Assembly: GCA_965220165.1 (NCBI GenBank)
Contig: CBDCPJ010000050.1
Location: forward strand, 6,622-70,621
Direction of reading: 5' to 3'
From: Spirochaetia bacterium
Lineage (GTDB): Bacteria > Spirochaetota > Spirochaetia > G963692905
Length of the DNA: 64,000 nt
Of the stretch, positions 49,621 through 59,579 are shown piece after piece. The position numbers and the translations under genes were made by a program. The notes below the pieces were generated by a model. The model was not told where the DNA came from and ran no database searches. It was given only the letters and a program-made list of their open reading frames with translations. Position 1 is the stretch's first letter, and each line of letters opens with the position of its first letter.

Positions 49621-51124
49621 TTCGCTTTTCTCCTTCGGAAATTGCGCCTACCGCGCTAACAAAAGCCAACGCGCTGGCCTCTAATATATCAGTCGAAGAC
49701 CCATGTCCGGAAGCGCGTAAATCTTTTCTTGTAACTACGACGCTTACCTCGCCCATAGCCTGCTTGCCTGGATATAGCGCTTGCACAATATACTCTTCAA
49801 CATTTACATGAATGTCAGTCGCATTTTCTATAGCGCGAAATATCGCATCGACCGGACCGTCTCCCTCGGCCTCTCCTGTCTCATGGTGGCCATCGTTCCG
49901 CACTTTCACCATTGCATGCGGCATTTCGTCGGTTCCCGAAATGATGCGATATTCGATGAGCTCGAATTTTCGCGCATTCATTTGATCTCCAGTAATTGCA
50001 ATAATATCTTCGTCAAATATCTCTCGTTTACGGTCGGCGATCTGTAAGAATCTATGATAGGCTTTCTTTAATGAATTATCAGAAAGACTGATATTAAGCT
50101 CTTGCAAACGTTTTCGGAATCCATGCATCCCTGAATGTCTCCCCAGCACAATTTTCGAAGCGTCCCGTCCAACAGACTCGGGAGTCATAATTTCGTATGT
50201 TTGTCGATTGGCAAGCATGCCATGTTGGTGGATACCCGCTTCATGAGCAAACGCGTTATCGCCGACAATGGCCTTATTGCGTGAAATAGGAAATCCAATA
50301 ATTGTGGAAAGCATACGCGCGCTGGGATATAGTTTTCGGGTATCTATGCCCGTCTCAAACTGAAAAAGGTCTTTGCGCACACTGATCGCCATAACCACCT
50401 CTTCCAACGCCGCGTTGCCCGCGCGCTCGCCAATGCCGTTAATAGTTAATTCCGCTTGTCGCGCTCCGGCTTGCAACGCGCTGATCGTATTGGCCACACC
50501 CAACCCCATATCATCGTGGCAATGAATAGAGATCTTAGCTTTATCAATATTACTTACCTTCTCGCGCACAGATTTGATAATGTCCGCAATTTCGCTCGGT
50601 GTGCTATAACCGACTGTATCGGGAATATTGATGATTGATGCCCCGGCGGCAATAGCTGTCTCTATTACTCGGCATAAGAAATCCATATCGCTTCTGGTAG
50701 CATCTTCAGGCGAAAACTCCACTTCCGCGCAACGATTTCGAGCATATCGCACCGCTTGCTTTGTCATCGTTAGAACTTCTTCGGGGCTTTTGCGAAGCTT
50801 ATGTTCCATGTGAATTGGCGACGTCGAGATGAACGTATGTATCCTTGGAAAGACAGCCTTTGCTATCGAATCGGCGGCAGAATCAATATCCGATTCTATC
50901 GCCCGAGCGAGAGCGGCGACTTTGCTTTTGGTTATGTCCTTGGCAATATGACTGCATGCCTCAAATTGCAATGGAGACGAAATTGGAAATCCAGCCTCAA
51001 TAATATCTACCCCCAAAGCTTCCAACTGAAGCGCGAATTCATGCTTCTGCTCCAGACTCATGGATGCGCCGGGAGATTGTTCCCCATCGCGCAACGTTGT
51101 ATCAAAAATATCTATTCTTTCCAT
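49598..51124 (-). CDS. leuA: 2-isopropylmalate synthase
   Basis: FDTTLRDGEQSPG, EFSPEDATR, NIPDTVGY, HCHDDMGL, NGIGERAGNA, AFAHEAGIHQHG. GGAGG RBS. Confidence 0.95.
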   Translation of the reverse strand: MERIDIFDTTLRDGEQSPGASMSLEQKHEFALQLEALGVDIIEAGFPISSPLQFEACSHIAKDITKSKVAALARAIESDIDSAADSIAKAVFPRIHTFISTSPIHMEHKLRKSPEEVLTMTKQAVRYARNRCAEVEFSPEDATRSDMDFLCRVIETAIAAGASIINIPDTVGYSTPSEIADIIKSVREKVSNIDKAKISIHCHDDMGLGVANTISALQAGARQAELTINGIGERAGNAALEEVVMAISVRKDLFQFETGIDTRKLYPSARMLSTIIGFPISRNKAIVGDNAFAHEAGIHQHGMLANRQTYEIMTPESVGRDASKIVLGRHSGMHGFRKRLQELNISLSDNSLKKAYHRFLQIADRKREIFDEDIIAITGDQMNARKFELIEYRIISGTDEMPHAMVKVRNDGHHETGEAEGDGPVDAIFRAIENATDIHVNVEEYIVQALYPGKQAMGEVSVVVTRKDLRASGHGSSTDILEASALAFVSAVGAISEGEKRNAKITNL

Positions 51125-51162
51125 ACACCCTCCAACTCTAATTTATGTCGCGTAACAGACAC

Positions 51163-51188
51163 AAAAAAGCCGCCTGCGAGAGGCGGCT
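51163..51188 (-). terminator. Intrinsic terminator of the leuA leader (attenuator)
   Basis: Minus strand AGCCGCCT-CTCGC-AGGCGGCT followed by a T-run, about 40 nt upstream of leuA. Confidence 0.85.
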
Positions 51189-51220
51189 ATTACTACAACT
51201 TATGCCTCGCGCATGTACAG

Positions 51221-51283
51221 CTATCTCGACCGAAGGTCGAAAGTAATGAGAATAATAGCTAGCACGAAATCCGTTACGAACAC
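51221..51283 (-). CDS. Leader peptide MFVTDFVLAIILITFDLRSR (branched-chain amino acid attenuator)
   Basis: GTG TTC GTA ACG GAT TTC GTG CTA GCT ATT ATT CTC ATT ACT TTC GAC CTT CGG TCG AGA TAG. It has 8 V/L/I codons and lies between the promoter and the terminator. Confidence 0.7.
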   Translation of the reverse strand: MFVTDFVLAIILITFDLRSR

Positions 51284-51291
51284 AGTTATAC

Positions 51292-51319
51292 ATTATATAT
51301 ATTTATTTATTTGTGTCAA
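51292..51319 (-). promoter_or_regulatory. Consensus sigma70 promoter of the leuA-cimA leader
   Basis: TTGACA-N16-TATAAT. Confidence 0.8.
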
Positions 51320-51605
51320 GCCAAGATACCATGAAAAATAGCTTTTTACAATCGAATATATTCTCATGTCGCTAAAAATTGCAAATTATGATAGCTCTAG
51401 GAGAAAAAGACTGTTCTTGATCCGAGAAAATAGTGATGTAACCGGCTATCCTCCCCGCGCTTGTTAATCATTTCTTGGCGCAATAATCACGCGAAAACAC
51501 ACTAGAATTTGCCATTCGGCGTATAGAAAAATTTTTGTAAGATTAAGATAATGATGAAATCGACATCGTTATGAAGCGAGAACATGCTCGAAGCCGACAC
51601 CGTTT

Positions 51606-52430
51606 TTAATCGATGAATTTTTTTCTTAGTCCCGCGACCGCAAGAAAACCAAAGATAATGATGAATGAAAACGTATAGATGATATCCCACCATAGCATCT
51701 GATTTTCGATACCCAGTAACAGTGCGCGAGATAGACGAACGGGGTGGGTTAACGGAAGCGCCTCGGCAAATGGGCGAAGAACCGGAGGAAGATTTGAAAT
51801 GGGAAATATCACTCCACAGAAAAAGAACATTGGAGAAAGAAAACCCGAAAAGAAAAAGTTGAATTGATTAATCGTTTTTACCAAAGATGTAACAAAAAGC
51901 CCCAATGCCGCAAACATAAGACCGGTTAACAAACCCAATAGCGGAACCAAAAGTAGATTTAGATTTACGAAAACGCCAAATAGGCTGGTAACGATAACAA
52001 CCGCTATAGTAAAAAAGAATCCCTTAGTTCCAGCCCATATTATCTCGCCCACGATAATGTTGTTGGCTGTTACCGGAGCGCTCATTAAGCCATTATAGAC
52101 CTTGTCGTATTGGAGGCGAAAAAACGTTCCAAACGTACACTCAAACGAAGCGGTAAACATTGACGCGGTCATCATAATACCGGTAGCGACAAAACTAACA
52201 AATGGCACATCTACTCCCGAGCCTATTTCGATGCGATCGATATAGACGCCAAGCCCGAGACCAATTCCGATAAAAAAAAGTACCGGTTCAAGAAATGGGG
52301 GCAACGCATTACTAATGAGGTTGCTGGTATAGACGCGCATATGGCGATACCAGATGCTACATATCCGCCAAATAAAATTTGGCGGCTTGCTTACTATAGC
52401 TCTATTCATATTGCTATTATTGGAGTTCAT
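51606..52430 (-). CDS. ABC-2 type exporter permease (NodJ-like)
   Basis: LEPVLFFIGIGLGLG, FVSFVATG, PMFFFCGVIFP, LPLTHPVRL. Confidence 0.85.
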   Translation of the reverse strand: MNSNNSNMNRAIVSKPPNFIWRICSIWYRHMRVYTSNLISNALPPFLEPVLFFIGIGLGLGVYIDRIEIGSGVDVPFVSFVATGIMMTASMFTASFECTFGTFFRLQYDKVYNGLMSAPVTANNIIVGEIIWAGTKGFFFTIAVVIVTSLFGVFVNLNLLLVPLLGLLTGLMFAALGLFVTSLVKTINQFNFFFSGFLSPMFFFCGVIFPISNLPPVLRPFAEALPLTHPVRLSRALLLGIENQMLWWDIIYTFSFIIIFGFLAVAGLRKKFID

Positions 52431-53361
52431 TGAGATTTCTCCCCGTAACTTTGAGAAAAAGGTCTTCCAAATTGGTCCGCCTTAGAAAATAATCACCGGC
52501 ATGAAGACGGTTAGCGAGTGCCGAAAGACACTGGGAAGTGTTGCTGTAGCACAAAAGTCGATCGCCGGTATCCTCTAATCGAGCATCTGCTTTATCTAGA
52601 CGTTCTCGTATTTCGTTAAATATATTCACATTAAGAATCTCCAATACATGGCTCTCTATTGATTCTTCAAGAAGTTGCCTTGGCGCGCCTTCCAATATTT
52701 TTTTCCCTTTGTCCATAATAAAAATATGGTCGGATAATTGGTATGCCTCTTCCATATAGTGGGTTGTCAACAACAACGTGACGCCTTCTCTCTTAAGCGC
52801 GCGTAATTTATTCCAAATAAGTTGGCGGACCTGAGGATCTAGCCCCGTCGTAGGCTCGTCCAAAATTAAAAGATTTGGTTGACTTACAAGCGCTCGAGCG
52901 ATGATCAGCCTGCGCTTCATGCCGCCAGAAAGAGAACGCACAGAAGATTTAGCTCGATCGCTTAGCTCCATAAAATCCAAGAGATAATGAACATGCTTTT
53001 TTATTTTGTTCCAGCGGAGCCCATTAAGCATCGCATAGATACGAAGATTTTGCAGAACATTGAGTTCGACATCTAGATTATCCTCTTGAGGAACTATTCC
53101 AGTACGAGATTTTATATGTAGTTCTTCTTGTCGAGGATCAAAACCAAAGACCTGTATCACGGTATCGCTACGACTATCCGGAGCCGCCTTGCCATAGAGT
53201 ATTTTCATTGTGGTAGTCTTACCTGCTCCATTAGGACCTAAAAAGCCAAAACAGAGCGACGATTTAACTTCAAAAGAGAGATCGTCAACGGCTCGGACGT
53301 TCCCATACGTTTTAGATAAATGCTCAACCACAATAGTACTTTGGCGTTCTAAACTATCCAT
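52417..53361 (-). CDS. ABC exporter ATP-binding protein (NodI-like)
   Basis: GPNGAGKTT, VPQEDNLD, LSGGMKRRL, LDEPTTGLDP, TTHYMEEA. ATG at 53361 preferred. Confidence 0.9.
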   Translation of the reverse strand: MDSLERQSTIVVEHLSKTYGNVRAVDDLSFEVKSSLCFGFLGPNGAGKTTTMKILYGKAAPDSRSDTVIQVFGFDPRQEELHIKSRTGIVPQEDNLDVELNVLQNLRIYAMLNGLRWNKIKKHVHYLLDFMELSDRAKSSVRSLSGGMKRRLIIARALVSQPNLLILDEPTTGLDPQVRQLIWNKLRALKREGVTLLLTTHYMEEAYQLSDHIFIMDKGKKILEGAPRQLLEESIESHVLEILNVNIFNEIRERLDKADARLEDTGDRLLCYSNTSQCLSALANRLHAGDYFLRRTNLEDLFLKVTGRNLNELQ

Positions 53362-53368
53362 TAAGAAA

Positions 53369-53396
53369 TTTATATACACCTCTCACAATTAGTCAA
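53369..53396 (-). promoter_or_regulatory. Sigma70-type promoter, putative leaderless ABC ATPase transcript
   Basis: TTGACT-N16-TATAAA-N7-ATG(53361). Confidence 0.55.
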
Positions 53397-53467
53397 GATA
53401 AATACCCTTTTATAGGCGGCGACATACATCGGCATGACGCTGTATAAATTCCAAAAAGATACGAACG

Positions 53468-56161
53468 TTAATTCAATAAACGACGAAGAACATATTGCAA
53501 TATCCCGCCATGACGATAATATTCAACCTCTACAGGACTATCTATTCGGCAACGGGTAGAAAAAGAGCATTCACGACCTTCAGCTATCACAGTAACAACG
53601 ACGGATTGTCCAGAATGGAGCGAATCACCTAATTGAATTGTATACTGTTCGCTACCATCAAGACCAAGCGAAGCGGCATTTTGACCGTCTTGAAATTGAA
53701 GAGGGAGGATACCCATCCCAACTAGATTGCTACGATGGATGCGCTCAAAAGACTCGGCAATAACGGCGCGAATTCCAAGAAGATACGGACCTTTCGCCGC
53801 CCAGTCTCGAGACGAACCCATACCATAGTCTTTACCGGCAATAACAATGGTGGGAGTTTTGTCGTTGCGATAACGCTGCGCTGCATCGTAGATCGACATA
53901 ATTTTGCCGCTAGGATGATGCAGTGTAAAACTTCCTTCATGTCCTTCAGCCAATTTATTGCGAAAGCGTATATTGGCAAATGTACCACGCACCATAATTC
54001 GATCGTTGCCTCTCCGGCTGCCATAAGAATTAAATTTCGATCGCTCTATTTTATGCTGCTGAAGATATTGACCTGCCGGGCTATCTGGATCAATCGCTCC
54101 CGCGGGAGAAATATGATCGGTTGTAACGCTGTCTCCGGCCATCACCAGGACTCGACCACCGACGATAGAAGCTATAGAAGTAGCCTCTGCGGCCATATCA
54201 ATAAAAAAAGGAGGCTCTTGAATATAAGAGCTATTTTCGTCCCATTGATATATTTCGCTATCTGAGAAATTTATCGTATTCCACTCGTTATTTGATGACT
54301 CAATATCTCGATAACTCTCTTGAAATGCCTCTCTATCAAAAGCCTTTTCCACATATCGATCTAACTCATTTTGATCGGGCCATATATCTTTGAGGTAGAT
54401 GGGATTACCGTTAGCGCCTTCGCCAATTGGCTCGGTGGTAATACCTATTTCCATTGTGCCGGCGAGCGCGTACGCGACCACAAGAGGGGGAGACGCGAGG
54501 AAATTTGCTCTGGTATGCGGATTGACGCGTCCTTCAAAATTACGGTTCCCCGAAAGCACCGCCCCGGCTATTATGCCGGCTTTATCGATAGCTTCGGCGA
54601 TAGGTTGCGGCAATGGACCGCTATTGCCAATACATGTGGTACATCCATATCCAACAAGATGAAATCCCAACTGCTCCAAATACTTCATCAATCCCAATCG
54701 TTTGAGATACTCGACAACCACAACCGATCCTGGCGCAAAGCTGGTTTTGATCCACGGCTTGCTTTTCAGGCCAGCTTCGCATGCCTTTTTTGCTAGCAAC
54801 CCCGCCCCTAATAATACCGAAGGATTGCTCGTGTTGGTGCAACTGGTAATTGCGGCGATAACCACATCTCCGTGGCCAATCTTGTGATCGGCGTTGTTAT
54901 AGCGTACTGTAACCCTATCGTCGATATGGTCGGAAGAGATAGCGAAACCGCCCTTTTCTATAGGATCGCGCAATAGACGATGCCACTCGCTTTTAACCGC
55001 AGAGAGCGCAATTCGATCCTGCGGACGCTTCGGACCTGCGATAGATGAAACTACCGATCCTAGATCAAGCTCTAACACGCTTTCAAATTGGGGATCGGGA
55101 GTAGAGTCGTCGCGAAATAATCCCTGAGCGACCATATAGCTGCGAACAAGGTCCAGCAACTGACGGGGGCGTCCCGTAGAATACATGTACGATAACGTCT
55201 GCTCATCGACAGGAAAATAGCCCACTGTCGCACCATATTCGGGAGCCATATTGGAAATAGTAGCGCGATCGGGAACACTCATTGCCGATAGTCCGGTGCC
55301 AAAAAACTCCACAAATTTTCCCACAACGCCATAACGACGCAACATTTGGGTAATGGTCAGGACAAGATCGGTAGCGGTAATGCCCGGTCGCATCGCTCCA
55401 GTCAGACGGAATCCAACGACGGAAGGAGCGAGCATAATAATAGGTTGCCCTAACATCGCGGCCTCGGCCTCAATTCCGCCAACGCCCCAACCAAGAACAC
55501 CCAATCCATTTATCATTGGCGTATGCGAATCGGTACCAACGAGCGAATCAAAATAGGCTATCTTTTTGCCGTTTTCCTCGCGCGTTTGCACTACCTTTCC
55601 AAGATACTCCAGATTAACTTGGTGGCATATCCCGCTGGCGGGCGGCACGACCGAGAAATTACGCAACGCTTTTTGTCCCCAACGCAAAAATTCATACCGC
55701 TCTCGATTGCGTATAAATTCCATTTCGGTATTTTGGCGAGCGGCATCGGGAGAATTGAAATGATCCACCTGTATTGAGTGGTCAATGATAAGATCGACCG
55801 GCAACGCGGGGTTTATTTTTTTAGGGTCTCCTCCAAGTCGAGCGATCGCGTTGCGCATCGCGGCGAGATCAACGATACAAGGAACTCCGGTAAAATCTTG
55901 CAATAGGACGCGGGCGGGAGTAAATGGCAACTCAATTTCGTTTTTTCCGCTCGGCGAGTAACGCAATAGACGATTGATATGATCTTGGGTAATTGATAGA
56001 CCATTCTCGTTATGAAGCACCGCCTCGATAAGAATCTTAATTGACCATGGAAACTTCTCTATAGATATACGGGTTTGTTGTTGCAGTTTGGATAAACTAT
56101 AATAGAACAACTGGCCATCGCTATTCTCTAGCGAAGATAGTGTTTTAAATGAATCAAGCAT
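53468..56161 (-). CDS. acnA: Aconitate hydratase A
   Basis: LLQDFTGVP, IDHSIQVD, SCTNTSNP, GYGCTTCIGNSG, YGMGSSRDWAAKG. Confidence 0.97.
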   Translation of the reverse strand: MLDSFKTLSSLENSDGQLFYYSLSKLQQQTRISIEKFPWSIKILIEAVLHNENGLSITQDHINRLLRYSPSGKNEIELPFTPARVLLQDFTGVPCIVDLAAMRNAIARLGGDPKKINPALPVDLIIDHSIQVDHFNSPDAARQNTEMEFIRNRERYEFLRWGQKALRNFSVVPPASGICHQVNLEYLGKVVQTREENGKKIAYFDSLVGTDSHTPMINGLGVLGWGVGGIEAEAAMLGQPIIMLAPSVVGFRLTGAMRPGITATDLVLTITQMLRRYGVVGKFVEFFGTGLSAMSVPDRATISNMAPEYGATVGYFPVDEQTLSYMYSTGRPRQLLDLVRSYMVAQGLFRDDSTPDPQFESVLELDLGSVVSSIAGPKRPQDRIALSAVKSEWHRLLRDPIEKGGFAISSDHIDDRVTVRYNNADHKIGHGDVVIAAITSCTNTSNPSVLLGAGLLAKKACEAGLKSKPWIKTSFAPGSVVVVEYLKRLGLMKYLEQLGFHLVGYGCTTCIGNSGPLPQPIAEAIDKAGIIAGAVLSGNRNFEGRVNPHTRANFLASPPLVVAYALAGTMEIGITTEPIGEGANGNPIYLKDIWPDQNELDRYVEKAFDREAFQESYRDIESSNNEWNTINFSDSEIYQWDENSSYIQEPPFFIDMAAEATSIASIVGGRVLVMAGDSVTTDHISPAGAIDPDSPAGQYLQQHKIERSKFNSYGSRRGNDRIMVRGTFANIRFRNKLAEGHEGSFTLHHPSGKIMSIYDAAQRYRNDKTPTIVIAGKDYGMGSSRDWAAKGPYLLGIRAVIAESFERIHRSNLVGMGILPLQFQDGQNAASLGLDGSEQYTIQLGDSLHSGQSVVVTVIAEGRECSFSTRCRIDSPVEVEYYRHGGILQYVLRRLLN

Positions 56162-56167
56162 GTTGTC

Positions 56168-56197
56168 ATTCTATATATTCGATCTCGATTTTGTCAA
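56168..56197 (-). promoter_or_regulatory. Sigma70-type promoter, putative leaderless acnA transcript
   Basis: TTGACA-N18-TAGAAT-N6-ATG(56161), no SD. Confidence 0.55.
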
Positions 56198-56248
56198 TAA
56201 TAGGTTTCGATACTTGCTATCATAGCAAGTATCTACTTTAGGAAATAT

Positions 56249-59200
56249 TTACAATTCTGCGGGAGGCGCGGAAAACATGATTTGACTATGATCGCTTAAC
56301 AATCCCCTGCCCCCTAGAGCGTTCATAGCCGCTACGGCATAATAGTATGTAGATCCACTGGTTACACTCATATCTATAAAGACGCGATCATCTGGGGCAT
56401 CGGAATTAATGATAGCTATTGGCGCAAAAGAGCCAAGATTTGCCACAGATTGACTCCGGTAAACATAATAACCGATAGCAGAAATTACTTCCGTCCAGGT
56501 CAAGGTAATCATGCTATTTCCCACAACCGTATTCGGGGCCCCGGGAGTTCCTATAGGTATACCGCTAGTAGCGGCGCTTAGATCACTTTCTCCAGAACCG
56601 TTGACGGATGAAATGGCATAGCGATAGGTATCGCCGTTCGTAAGACCGCTATCAGTATAGCTCTCTCCGATTATCGGATTGGGATTATGAGGAATCTCCG
56701 AAAATGGATCTGTCGTACCCATGACGCGATAGATGTTATAACTATCAGCGCGATTTACTGGATTCCAACGTATGGTAACTTGGCCATCGCCTGTGATAAC
56801 AATCACGGTCGTAGGCGAGGTTGGGGCAGGCTCCATTGGCGTAACCGACACCGTCACTGAACGCACACTCTCCCCATCGTCATTAACCGCTGATACGGCG
56901 TAGTAGTAGGTAACGCCGTTGGTAATATCGGCATCCCTATAAGACAAATCAACAGTAGGATGTTCGCCGGTGAGTCTTTGATCCAAATCATTGGCTGAAA
57001 GACCTCGGTATATATGATACCTTATTCTTGGGATTGCTTGCCATTCGATGACGATTTGACTTCCTATATGAGTCGCGCTCACTCTGGAGGGGCGGGAGAT
57101 TACTACCACTTCATTGCTCCGAGCGCCGTCCACATCCTCATTTACAGAGGCGACGGCGTACCTATAGATTGTATCATTATCGATTCCGATATGGAGATAG
57201 GAAGTTTCTGTAATTTGGTCTGGAACTTCAAGAAGGGTCAATTCGCCATTCAATCCCGTCCCGCTATAAATATTATAGCCAGTAGCTCCCGTGGCCGCCG
57301 TCCAATTCAACATTATTTGTCCATCGCTCGCCATAGCGGTTAATCCGCTAGGAGCGCCGAAAGGAATCGCTGTGGCTATTTCGCTTTGCGGGCTTCCGCC
57401 AATATCGTTAACCGCGATGATAATATAACGATACGTTTCTCCATTGATAAGCCCGCTATCGGTATACGGGTTTCTGGATGTCGGCACTGTATTTATCTGC
57501 ATTGCGTTGAGAGGCTCCGTCGGGAATGCGCCCGTTTCGCCCACAGCGCGATAGATATTATAACCACTCGCATCATTTACTATACCCCAACTTATCTCAA
57601 TTTGCGTATCGCCCGGGGTCAACACCACACCAGTAGGCGCGATTGGCGCTGTCCTAGACGGTTCCGGCGTAGCCGAAACTATTGCTGAACGCGCGCTCTC
57701 TCCATCGTCGTTAATCGCAGATACAACGTAGTAGTATTGAGTGCCATTGGTAAGATCGACATCTATATAGGAAGTATCGCCGCCGCTAATTGGCGCTCCA
57801 TCGGTAAGCCTTTGATTCACATTACCGATAGATCGACCTCGGTAGATATGATACCCTGTCGCTCCCTGTACCGATTGCCATGCGACAATAACTCGGCTGT
57901 CAGCAGGGTTGGCGCTTACATCAGCGGGGCGTCTGATCGCTACTGCCACATTGCTCCGCGAGCTTTCTCCATACTCATTTACAGAGGCGACTGCGTATCT
58001 ACGTGTCACATTGTTATCGATTCCGGTATGAGAATAGGAAGTTGCCGTAATCTGGCCTGGAACAGTAAGAAGGGTTAATTCGCCATTCAATCCTGTCCCG
58101 ATATAAATATTATAGCTATTCGCTCCCGCGGCCGCCGTCCAATTCAACGCTATGCGTCCATCGCTCGCTGTGGCGGTTAATCCGCTAGGAACGGCTAATG
58201 GAGCTGTCGTGGCCATATCGCCGCGCGCGCCCTCTCCAGTATCGTTTACTCCTGCGATGGCATAGTGGTAGGTTCTTCCATTGACTACATTCGTATCCAT
58301 ATAGTCCGTGGAAGCCAATGGAGTCGCTGATGAAATAAGCGCTATCGACGTGCCGTCATCTCCTGTCTGACGATAGATTTGATAATGAGACGCCCCATCG
58401 ACAGGCTGCCATGTAATTGATATAGATCCATCGCCCGCCGTCGCTGTCAGCGCGCTTGGAATATCGATAGGTTGCGCTTCGATCGCTTCGCTCATCGTCC
58501 CCGCTCCTTGATTATTAACTCCGGCAACGACATATCGATAGAGCTGGCCATTATCGAGATCTTCATCGACATAATTGAGACCTGCCACATAATTGAGATT
58601 TGTCCCGCTGTCTTCCAGTAGAATTCGAACCAGCGGGATATCTTCTCTGTCTTCCAATGGAATTCGAACCAGCGCGCCATCGGCGCCGATTCCGCGATAG
58701 ATCTCGAATCCAGTAGCCGCTTCGATCTGATCCCATTGTAACATAACCTGTCCGCTTCCGCCGGATAAACTAACGCGCAATCCTCCGGGAGCAGCGCCGG
58801 GCGCAGACTGAAATACTGTTGGAGTAGCATCTAAAGACATGGACAACCCGCCTGTCACGCCAATAGAATTGATAGCGGCGACAGCATAGTGGTATGTAGT
58901 ATCATTGGTAAGGCCTCTATCGATATAACTTACGTTGGCTTGGTCTAGGCGGGAATTGGGAAGAGCCGCTAAATTATCGGGCGCATTTCCGCGATACACT
59001 ATATAACCAGAAGCATCGAGAACCGGAAACCATTCCAATGTTACTTGCCCGCTTGCTAACGTGCTCATGAGATTTTCCGGACGAGCGATAGGAATTGCCT
59101 GAACACTTTCAGTTTGCGCGCCGACTCCGCCCGAATTTGAGGCCGATATCGCATAACGGTACAAGGCTCCGTTAGTCAAGTCTGTATCGACATACAAATT

Positions 59201-59446
59201 ATCGACATATTCCGCTTCGATAACTTGGAACGATTCTTCGTCGCCGATGCTACGGTATATCTGATATTCCTCGGCGTTGGCAATTCTATTCCACTGTATT
59301 TGCACACGTTGATCATCTACTCTAATGTTTAATCCAGTAGGCGCGACCGGCGGAACGACTAGATTAGGATTTCCGATCAGTTCGCACCCTGACATAATAG
59401 TGATAAGAGCGCCCGCAATAGCGACTAACGGTAATTTCAAAACCAT
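56249..59446 (-). CDS. Surface lipoprotein made of about 11 fibronectin type III domains
   Basis: Lipobox MSGC, then 11 repeats of P..L....W......Y.IYR....Y.D..L.NG..Y.Y.V.AVN..GE. No catalytic domain recognised. Confidence 0.9.
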   Translation of the reverse strand: MVLKLPLVAIAGALITIMSGCELIGNPNLVVPPVAPTGLNIRVDDQRVQIQWNRIANAEEYQIYRSIGDEESFQVIEAEYVDNLYVDTDLTNGALYRYAISASNSGGVGAQTESVQAIPIARPENLMSTLASGQVTLEWFPVLDASGYIVYRGNAPDNLAALPNSRLDQANVSYIDRGLTNDTTYHYAVAAINSIGVTGGLSMSLDATPTVFQSAPGAAPGGLRVSLSGGSGQVMLQWDQIEAATGFEIYRGIGADGALVRIPLEDREDIPLVRILLEDSGTNLNYVAGLNYVDEDLDNGQLYRYVVAGVNNQGAGTMSEAIEAQPIDIPSALTATAGDGSISITWQPVDGASHYQIYRQTGDDGTSIALISSATPLASTDYMDTNVVNGRTYHYAIAGVNDTGEGARGDMATTAPLAVPSGLTATASDGRIALNWTAAAGANSYNIYIGTGLNGELTLLTVPGQITATSYSHTGIDNNVTRRYAVASVNEYGESSRSNVAVAIRRPADVSANPADSRVIVAWQSVQGATGYHIYRGRSIGNVNQRLTDGAPISGGDTSYIDVDLTNGTQYYYVVSAINDDGESARSAIVSATPEPSRTAPIAPTGVVLTPGDTQIEISWGIVNDASGYNIYRAVGETGAFPTEPLNAMQINTVPTSRNPYTDSGLINGETYRYIIIAVNDIGGSPQSEIATAIPFGAPSGLTAMASDGQIMLNWTAATGATGYNIYSGTGLNGELTLLEVPDQITETSYLHIGIDNDTIYRYAVASVNEDVDGARSNEVVVISRPSRVSATHIGSQIVIEWQAIPRIRYHIYRGLSANDLDQRLTGEHPTVDLSYRDADITNGVTYYYAVSAVNDDGESVRSVTVSVTPMEPAPTSPTTVIVITGDGQVTIRWNPVNRADSYNIYRVMGTTDPFSEIPHNPNPIIGESYTDSGLTNGDTYRYAISSVNGSGESDLSAATSGIPIGTPGAPNTVVGNSMITLTWTEVISAIGYYVYRSQSVANLGSFAPIAIINSDAPDDRVFIDMSVTSGSTYYYAVAAMNALGGRGLLSDHSQIMFSAPPAEL

Positions 59447-59579
59447 ACTATTAGTATACTACTATATAACATAAAAATCTATCACACAATTATAATCGTA
59501 CTATTTCATAGTATTTCTAATAGTTGCGATGTTGAAAATATTACTTGACCGGCGCGATCGATATTCGCTATATTGTGCT

